DNA of 62,523 bases, counting the filler, from Dugesia japonica (lineage: Eukaryota): NCBI GenBank assembly GCA_001938525.1. It is 6 parts of 6 records of this genome, joined end to end, with 100 filler letters (N's around TTAATTAATTAA, not from the genome) between each part and the next. Parts side by side here need not be neighbours in the genome. Positions count along the whole stretch, not along the records: positions 53,076 to 62,523 come from MQRL01647054.1; 5 more parts are not named here. One strand, given 5' to 3'. The notes under the pieces were generated by a model. It was not told where the DNA came from. It did not search any database and saw only the letters and a program-made list of their open reading frames with translations. Each line of letters begins with the position of its first letter. Positions within the stretch are counted from its first letter, which is position 1. Positions 53,001 through 62,523 of this stretch are shown piece by piece. The position numbers were made by a program, and so were the translations under genes.

Positions 53001-56000
53001 NNNNNNNNNNNNNNNNNNNTTAATTAATTAANNNNNNNNNNNNNNNNNNNNNNNNNNNNNNNNNNNNNNNNNNNNTGAAACATTGTATTAACCATATTTT
53101 AAGTGTATTCAATTCATTTAGGACTACTTTGAAGGATAAAATATAATATATTGTTATCTTACGAGTCTTACATTTTTTATTACGAGAGACCTGAAAAATA
53201 AGTTTAAAATATAAAGTAAGACAATCTAAAATTGCATTCTAAGAGAAAATCTAAATTACATACTTAATTTTTTACTTAATCCGTACATTTTTCAAAAAGT
53301 TATAACTTGGAATTATAGACAAAGAAATTAAAAGATGAAGTAAAAAATAATTATAGGTTTGCACAAACCGGAATTTATCTTTAAAATATTTGATATTTAT
53401 GGGTTTTGAAAATCTTAAGTCGAAAGAATTTTAAAGATTTACAACTCGACTACCATCGATACGATGAAAAGCAGGAAGAAGAGAAAGAAAGGCACATTTT
53501 TAATAACTTCAATAATAAAACATTTGATTTCAATTCTTTGACACAAAAATTGGTAAATTGGAATTTTAAAAATAAAATATCCTATCGTTCGATCAGGAAA
53601 ACAATAAAATTCTACTGGCTGGAATATCGCAATAATAAGACAAAGTCAGCAATGACAATTACGAATATAANAAACAAGTTAAAATATGTAGATGTAAACA
53701 TTACCCGTTTTCTGATCAGATCTTAGAACCACAACATGGTGTTTGTGTGAGGATTCTTTTAAATAATCAAACAGTCAAGACATAAACATATGAATAGAGA
53801 AGTTTTATAGTTTAGAAAATATCAGTGTAATTTCTACTACAATTAATTCTCAAACATATTGTAAAGTTTCATGTTAATTATTAATGGAAACTATCAAGAT
53901 GTACGACATTTCACTTTCACAATGAGTTTTCTATACGCTTCTTATGATACATTTAATTGATCGTTTTACTAATTTAAAATAAGATTTATAAACATTGGGA
54001 CAATTTTGTTGTACAAAACTAAAAATAGAATATTATTTTTAATTATTACATACAAATATTTCATACAAATTACATACATACAATATTACATACAAAANAG
54101 TCAATTCCTGGCGAAGACAAGATCGAAATATCGAATTGTTATCCAATATCAATAAAAAAACCAAAATTTTGATCAAAGCTTTTATATTATACAAATATTT
54201 CAATAAATAAAAAATACGATCTGTATATGTCAAACACTTATTCTGATAATAATTGTAATTTTTAAATAAAGAAATTTATTTTCTAAATTATTTTATTTGG
54301 ATTCTATTTTGGATTTTATTTTAAACTTATAAATTTTTAATAATTAAAGTAAAATTTCTAAGTTGAAATTATGTATTTTTATTTGTTTAGAAGTTCTACG
54401 TTATGGTTCGAATAGAAATTTAACAATTTTTTCTAAAATTTTTAATGTGAATAAAACAAGAATATTTTATTATTATTCCAAATTTATATCGACAAATATG
54501 TTAATGCTTTGAAGACAATAAATAAATTTATTACAATCATTTAATATTTTTATTTTATTTCTATCTTTATATGATCAAATCTGTTGTGTAAAAGATAGAA
54601 ATTTTTATAATTTTGAAGAATATCAACNNNNNNNNNNNNNNNNNNNNNNNNNNNNNNNNNNNNNTTTTTTTAAATGTACTAAATAGAAACTAATTGAGAG
54701 TGACTAGTTTATCAATGACTAAATATGTCTTGTAGCATATTAAACTACCACACCCATCAGTATTTAAATAGATTTAATTATATTATTTATTTAATAAAAA
54801 TATCCCATGGTAATTTGTTTGAAATGACCATCGTCACCAAATTTTAATTTTTTTTCTGTTCTGCTTTCGGATATTTTACAACATAAAGCTAAATTTAAAT
54901 ATTATTCATTTTAAATATTTAATTTTCTTAAAGAAGTAGTAACATAAATTAAGATTATTCTTCAAAAACAATTATTTTCAACCTAAACTATTTTAACTGT
55001 TTTTATAATAATAATAATAATAANNNNNNNNNNNNNNNNNNNNNNNNNNNNNNNNNNNNNNNNNNNNNNNNNNNNNNNNNNNNNNNNNNNNNNNNNNNNN
55101 NNNNNNNNNNNNNNNNNNNNNNNNNNNNNNNNNNNNNNNNNNNNNNNNNNNNNNNNNNNNNNNNAATTATATTATGTTTATAAATATACTATTTTTCTAC
55201 ATTTTTAAAATCACGAGGTATATATTTAATTTGTAGTTAAGTGAGATCTAAGAAAACTAGATGTGGAATGAATATTTTTTATATTTAAAGTACTAATGAC
55301 CAAATAATTATATGTAGAAATAAATACTAAAAATAAAAAAATTGTTTTTTAGTATACTGCAATATTAATTTTTAAATTTGTTAACTCTATTTTACAATGG
55401 TGATTTTTAATTAATAATTCAAATGAATTTAGATATGTACCTATGACAATTGTTACGTTGTTTGAAATTAGACTTAAATGTTACAGAATAAGTTATTTAT
55501 ACCTATGTATTCTTGAATTAAACTTCAATTAAAGACTAATCTGCCAATTCTTGAAATTTAATTATATACCCACTGTTTTTATGTATTTTTTGTCATAGAT
55601 ATTTCTCTTTATATGAGCCATATTTACGTTTTGTAATTTTAATTTCAATAAAATTCTCAGCATATATGCTAACTAATTAAATGATGTCTTCGTATGTTTA
55701 TTTTCCCTTTCTTGACATTTTTAAAAATAAAACCTTTGAGAAAATCGCATCTTTAATAATTTTTCAGTTATAACAATGAATTCTACAACCAGTTGTATAT
55801 GAATTATATCGTTAATATTAGAAATTTAAATAATTATCTATAAAATTAGCACTATGAACTTTATAATTGTTGTAGCAACGACTAATTGGTCAGAATATCA
55901 TATAAAAGTACAAAGAATTTAGAGATCGTTGTTATTCGAATGATTGATGAAGTCTATTTAGATTTGTCAGTTGAATTATCTCTAGAAATGTGTTTATTCT

Positions 56001-56625
56001 ATTCTATACATTCTTATTTCGTTTCATTTTTGTTTCTTCTCGGAATTATTTTCAGACATATAATTTCAATATTTACGGTGATATGCCTAATTCTAGAATG
56101 AATTGAAATTCGTCTTTTTTTCAAATCAATTTTTTTCAATTCAGTTACATATTAATAATAAAATATTTTATTTTTCATTTTCTGTAATTGGAAATTATTA
56201 TAAATTATTACTATGTATTGCCCGACAAAAATTTTAACAAAATAAATTGAATTAATTATCAAAAGGAAGAACGTTAAATGCCGTGTAAGAAATATGCTTA
56301 AGGTTATGCCAGGTTAAAGTTTTAATTTGACAAGGTTTTAAAAGATTGCATAAAAATATTTTGAAATCTCCGAATTTAAACAGCCAAAGGCCTATATTAT
56401 TTATTTATTTATAATTACTAAAGAAGTTGTATTTCATTGACTTGTTTCTTAGTTTTCCGAGATTTTGTTGGTGTTTAAATGTTTAGCTAATTTAAATTGT
56501 GTCAAATATANNNNNNNNNNNNNNNNNNNNNNNNNNNNNNNNNNNNNNNNNNNNNNNNNNNNNNNNNNNNNNNNNNNNNNNNNNNNNNNNNNNNNNNNNN
56601 NNNNNNNNNNNNNNNNNNNNNNNNN

Positions 56626-56685
<60 letters not shown>

Positions 56686-57599
56686 TTACAATTAAAATTT
56701 TTACGAGAATAATTGTTGGGCGTAACTATTGATCGTTTTATAGAATTCATGCTTTTATATTAAATGAATCATTATTACTATTTTTATTATTAATTATATT
56801 AAAATTAAAATAATTTTAAAATTATAAAATTTTTAAAATTATCTTTATTAATCTTTTTAACTCGAGCGNTATATAGATAGATAATAATTATTATATTTTC
56901 AAGTTTTGTTGATTTTGATAACATTTTAAATATTTTTCATTTTTATCAAGTACTGATTTCTAGATTTCAAAATTTATGAGTTTGGAGACGTTTTAATAAT
57001 TTAATGAATAAAAAAATAATATCGGCTGAAATTATTAAATTCTCGAGCATAATTTTCTAAATAATTTTTGAATTCATACATCATTTTATTCAGTTTACAA
57101 GCATTGTATAANGATTTTTGAATCCGACTTAGTTAAAGGCAGTTTTATTATTACATATTAAAGAGTAGTTATCTAAGCCATTTATATTAAACAATTTTCA
57201 TTGCTTGTGGTATTACAATTAATTAGGATAATTTAAATTATTTTGAATTTTGCAGATTCCAACATTGAAATCCATTTCTAAATCCCAATATAAGCAGTGA
57301 ATGAAATTGAATAATAAATGTTCAATTATTTGGTAATAAAATTGAAATATTAGTTATTTGTATTCAATCAGTATTACGTTAATCCCCATTTAACACGTAT
57401 ATGTATTACATGTGCTACAAAATTGAATTTAGAGATTTCATTCACTTTTGAACTGTAAATTAAGTTATTTTTTGAACTATAGATTATTTTAATTAGCTTT
57501 TATTATTAAATTATAAAATAATATGGCATCCCAGTAAAATATGGTCAGTAAAATATAAATATATACAAAACAAACATATTTTTAACACTAGTTGTTACA

Positions 57600-57728
57600 T
57601 AACAATATTCAGCTAAATCGTCATTGACAATCGTCCAGCTAAATATTGAATTCCATGCATATAACTACTCTTTAGATTTGGTTGAGAAAAATTCGGTTAT
57701 GACCACGAACATTTGGGACACCCTAATA
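57600..57728. mobile_element. Short mariner-like fragment with a TIR-like end
   Basis: ...CACGAACATTTGGGACACCCTAA followed by TA resembles mariner TIRs; weak minus-strand GIQYLAGR remnant. Confidence 0.4.
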
Positions 57729-58005
57729 TAGAAATTTAATCAATAATTCTTTTTTGCAAAATCGTTCGAAGACAATATAATTGCGATAAAAGCTCTATTT
57801 ATTTTAAACCATTTATTCACGAAGTACAAAGAAAATTTTATTAAATAAAATAAGACCAAATAAAATTTCTTGGCTCAAGTTTTTTGCAATTATTTCATTT
57901 TCTCCAAAACTTTTTAAAACTCTTAAAAAGATTTTTTTAAAAAAATAGAAATAAACTTGTGTAATATTTACAATTAATATTTTATATATCAGTTTAATAA
58001 ATAAT

Positions 58006-58068
<63 letters not shown>

Positions 58069-58118
58069 NNNNNNNNNNNNNNNNNNNNNNNNNNNNNNNN
58101 NNNNNNNNNNNNNNNNNN

Positions 58119-58166
<48 letters not shown>

Positions 58167-58257
58167 TAATAATAATAATAATAAATAATACTAATAATTT
58201 ATAATGATTATAATTTATAATGATTATAATTTATAATTAGAATCCATTTATTTTTAG

Positions 58258-58534
58258 GCTGACAATAACTCCAGTGATTTGACACATTCAAATTTGAAAC
58301 AACATTCCTTTACCAACTCATTGTCTGATAACGATTTGCCATCTATGATTCGTAGAGGAAGAACTAATTATTCGCTGACAGACATACGAGATAATGAAAA
58401 TCTTCAAAATTCTTCTACACATTTCAAATCACGAAAAGATCTTAAACGTAAACGAGCATCTAATCTAGACATTGATTTCGCTCATATTGTAAATAATTCT
58501 AGAAATACCTCCAATACTGGTAATTTCAATTCAG
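58258..58534 (+). CDS. Probable internal exon of an unidentified gene (Ser/Asn-rich, basic cluster RKDLKRKR)
   Basis: tttttAG acceptor, an open frame of ~92 codons with raised GC, and candidate donors after 58519 (GTAATT) or 58534 (GTGATA). Confidence 0.6.
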
Positions 58535-59299
58535 GTGATATTTTATTTATAAAATTAATCATGTGCTTTTATAAATGTTTTTTATAATAAAAATGATGGT
58601 GCTAAATTGTGTCAAAATATAAATAGCAGTAATTATTTTATAATCGGTGGTAATATCACAAATAAATCAAAATAATTATACAATATTGATTAAATTACAA
58701 GATTGCATACAACTATCGTATGTCGTCATTTAATGCCAGATAATCTAAGATACTTGGCGGAATTTACGTAGTCTGTTCTGGTTTCTATAGTCGGATTATA
58801 CATACGTTACTGACATTTTCCATCGATATTAAATTTACTTATTTTCTATGAATAATACAATTTATTTGATTATTTCTAGTGGATATTGATAATTTCTTAA
58901 TTCATTTTATATGGAAAATATTTTCACTTATTGCATTAATAAAATATGAACGTAGTTATGTATTTATGTGTGAGACTGTAGGCGATTTTTATGAATAATA
59001 AGTTATTTATTACACTTAGTGTTTAACATATAATTGTAGAAATATAAATATTTTCAATTGAAATAGTTTATTTTAAAGGTTATTATTATCAGCGATTAAT
59101 ATTTACAATAAAATTATAAATATTTAAATTATATTTCCATTTCTAAAATTACTGAAAAATTTTCACAATCTATAAGTAAATAATATGAAATAACATCTAT
59201 AAAATCACTTAATATTTAATTAACAATCATTTCGGTAATATGAATAGAAAATATCGCGTTCAACTCTCAGTTGTTCATTACAATTATTTCTAATCCAGA

Positions 59300-60470
59300 A
59301 ATTTCATTTATTTTTATAAAAAAAATATTAATATAGGAAAATTAATTATTTTTTCTGTTAATTAAATTGATTACAAATAATCGCAGTTGATTTTTCCGGA
59401 TATTCNTTGGTATTTTTTTGTAAAATAGTTTGTTGTAGTTGAATTTCTACGCGGACTCCGATTTTTATGTTTGGTTTTTCTTATTTAACAAATTTGATTT
59501 GTTTGTAATGATTTGTTTTTGGCTTAATAAGTGTACCAAACATTTTATCAATCCATTCTTATATCCTGTGTCTGTTAGTTTTTTATAAAGTGAAGTATTA
59601 TAGTTACGATCTATATCTACGTATCTTTTGTATTATATGGGTTGATTACCAGAAAAGATATTAATTCGTGACTCAATTTTAGATAAAAATAATGAGGCTA
59701 ATGTTTTTGTGATGATGGATAAAATGTTTGGTTCATCAAGCTTTGAGATTGCTGATGATGGTTTAAAACAGATTAGATAGTAGTTTTTGAGTTAAGGGAT
59801 ATAACCAAAAAACTATTTATAATAATATACGGAGTACTCTAAACAAACTGTGCTCAACATCAAATAATAACCAAGAAGAAAACATTAAAAATAATCAAGA
59901 AAAAATAACTAAAACTGCCATTCTCGGAAGTATCTAAGTCATAGAAAATGCTCTCTCATGAAATATTTTAATGAAAATAAATTTAGATTAATTTTCACTT
60001 AAAAAAACCTCCAATTATTTAAGCAACAAATCTACTACACTAAAAGCTTTGCTCGCTAACCTAGTTTATCAATTTAATTGTAACGGGTGGGATGCAACGT
60101 ACATTGGAGAGACAAAACGTCATCTTCGCTCACGAGTTAGTGAGCATATGCAATTGAATAGGAAAAGTTCGGTTTTAGATCATGCCTGTTGCTGCAAAAG
60201 GCAAAATAAGCATTGATGAGTTTTTAACAGTGGTTTTGGTAACTTTTTTGAAAGAGATGCGTGCGAGGCTTCGAGAATTGGGTTGCATAATCCGATTCTT
60301 AATATTCAGATGGACAGACATTTACTTTTAAATAAATTTTAATCGTATTTTATTGGGTTGATTACGCAACAGGTTTTATTGGCCAGTATATGAACAATTT
60401 CCTTTTTATTTTACCGCAGTAACTGATGATGGACATAGATTTATCCGAAACATGTATTACAAATAAAAAT
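59300..60470 (+). mobile_element. Penelope-like element remnant with GIY-YIG endonuclease
   Basis: About 60050-60330 translates NLVYQFNCNGWDATYIGETKRHLRSRVSEH..SVLDH..EASRIGLHNPILNIQ. The upstream boundary is approximate and most of RT is missing. Confidence 0.85.
60419..60460 (+). ncRNA. Minimal type I hammerhead ribozyme (Penelope terminal repeat)
   Basis: GTAA-CTGATGA-T-GGAcatagatttaTCC-GAAAC-ATGTA-TTAC: conserved core, stem I GTAA/TTAC, stem II GGA/TCC, palindromic ACATGT stem III and GUA cleavage triplet. Confidence 0.85.
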
Positions 60471-61621
60471 TTTAAAAAATTGCGTTTTTTCGTTTTATAT
60501 ATATTAAGAATTACTTTGCTATTTTTAGTTGTACGAAATTCCATTAATAAAATTTTAACAAGTAATTGTTTTTGTTTCGTACTAAAACAAAGTGTAAAGA
60601 ACTACTTTTTATGTTAAAAAATATACGAGTATATCTAGTGGTAGCGATTCTATTCAAGTCTTACACAAATGTATGCGTTTACTGTCAGAAAGTGACAGCG
60701 AATAAATTTTTGTTGTGTAATTTATATTTATCTGTATTATTTCTAATGTTCATAGAAATTATTGAGACGCTATTTTCCTTTTTAAATAAATAGTAATATG
60801 ATTTAAAACATGATGCATGAAAATGGAACCGATTATCTATTTTTTTCATATATGCGGTATCTTTTTTACACGATTTTTTACACGAATTGTTCTGGAACCT
60901 ACCTCCATGTAAAAACAAAATTGGATGTATTTTTTAATGTTTCATCTAAACCAAATTGGAGGTGTCTTAAATATGTCAATATTTATTGTAATCAGTTTTA
61001 AAATTTAATATTTTCAATCAATTCCAATTTTAATAATGAATTAGTTTGAAATTAAATGTTAATTTAGTATAAAATTCATTAATAAAATGATTTGATTGAT
61101 TTTCTCAAACATAATGGATTCCAAAAATTCATTTTGATATATTATAGAATTTGATGATTGTTTTGCTTTTCCGTTAAGAATTTTATTGAATACTTAGAAT
61201 TAGAATTTATTATTATAGCTATCACACTGATCGATGATCTAATTTAAATTAATAGTTGATTGGCTTATTAATAAATCTGAAATAATTAATAAAGTAAAAC
61301 ATAAAACTTGCGTGTTAGTCAACATGTTTATGAAATTATTTATTGACAAATTGATCCAAAACCAGAGATGTGAGACAAACTATTGATTAACATTCTAATT
61401 TTACTTTTATATTTTGTTTATAATTTTTATTTTATTGACAATTTATTTTTTCTTGCTATTTCATAATTAATATTTTATTCTGTCATCTATAAAAAAAAAC
61501 TTTAATATTGTTAATCTGAACTTTAAAAATGTGTTAATTTTTTAAAATTTGAATGATGTGGTAAAATAATTTAAGGTAACTTTTATTTGAATTTTTAATT
61601 ATGTATATATATATATATATA

Positions 61622-61975
61622 TAGACCCCATTAAGACCTGGTTCAATAACACGCGAGTCCGCTTAACACACGGTCGTATCATGGCTCCAAATATTACTAA
61701 GCAATCGTTAATTGCGACGTTATTTACAAATTGATCCGACTGTAGACGTAACTAGTCAAAATATTTTCTTTTTTATTTTAAAATTTAAATCAATTACAAA
61801 CTGTCAATACAATTTTATGTCGTTATAAACCTTTTTAAATTTTTTTTTAACCATATCAAGAGACTAAATGTAAGCAAAATGCTTATACGAACGAAGACAA
61901 ACTGAATGTTATAGACAAAATTCGAAAAAAGACAAAACAAGCTAATATAACTAGAGAACTCAATGTGCCTGTTAT
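61622..61975 (+). mobile_element. Tigger/pogo-like 5' end with HTH_psq fragment, next to (TA)n
   Basis: TIR-like TAGACCCC...TAACACGCG followed by KCKQNAYTNEDKLNVIDKIRKKTKQANITRELNVP. Confidence 0.7.
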
Positions 61976-62523
61976 AAATAATATCGCCCAATGACACATA
62001 TTTTTAAAGTGCATAAAAACACTTGCAAATTTAAACGAAATATATAGGAGCATCCAGAAAAAATTGCCGTTTTAAAAAGAAGATTTATTTAAATATTATT
62101 AAAAATCGAATTAATGTGTTTTAAAATTTTTATGATAAGCAACAAATTGTAATTTTTAAATTTGAAATAATGGAATTGATAGAATATTAATTTTATGAAA
62201 ATAAAAATGGAATAAATCAATTTCTTCATTGAGACTATGGTACGCAATGAATTCGAAACGACATATATTCTCACTTTTGTTTATTAAATGTATGAGGCAT
62301 TGAGAATGTCGTGAAGGAAAGTAGAGACCGGCAATTGGTACATGAATGTAATAGAAGTAAAATAACATATTTCGGCGGAAAAATGGTTCTGTACATGAGA
62401 GAAATATGTTTGAGCAATGAGTTATAAAATTTGAGAAAAGATCTTCAGAAAATTATTGATAAAGGTGGAAATTATTTATAAATAACGAAATTTGTGAATA
62501 ATTTTTAAATACATAAATCTTAT

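Noticed and set aside
11763-53031. Recurrent palindromic TTAATTAATTAA as a biological motif
   Set aside because: Always embedded in 44+44 N, so it is an assembly linker.
61225-61280. Possible third hammerhead-like site (CTGATCGATGA...)
   Set aside because: The core is disrupted and there is no GAAA/stem III; at most a decayed relic.

Overview
Very AT-rich eukaryotic (metazoan) draft-assembly sequence. It is most consistent with a triclad planarian; this is an inference from the low GC, (AAT)n tracts, a 54-nt intron and an R5/NeSL-like retroelement. The window is not contiguous: five identical artificial spacers (44 N + TTAATTAATTAA + 44 N) join six roughly 8-12 kb pieces, so adjacency across them means nothing. 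Host genes are one complete, intronless and unusually divergent ABCE1/RLI1 ORF (41924-43726 +), two FN3 exons of a Lar-type receptor tyrosine phosphatase (minus strand, ~27.6-28.3 kb), one Tektin-3-like exon (49173-49351 +, missed by the ORF track) and one unassigned exon (~58.3 kb). The rest is mostly decayed transposons: Gypsy/Ty3 pol fragments with short LTRs, a long CCAAT/TATA-bearing LTR-like repeat with coiled-coil accessory ORFs, MULE, Tc1, mariner, pogo/Tigger and hAT remnants, foldback MITEs and a Penelope-like element. Three observations stand out. (1) An R5/NeSL-type non-LTR element carries two tandem Ulp1/C48 protease domains, one with catalytic motifs and one without. (2) An apparently intact minimal hammerhead ribozyme lies at 60419-60460 behind a Penelope GIY-YIG domain, and a ~620-bp intronic foldback carries two outward-facing degenerate hammerheads. 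(3) The intronless ABCE1 is divergent. Family assignments come from recognising motifs by eye, not from database searches.
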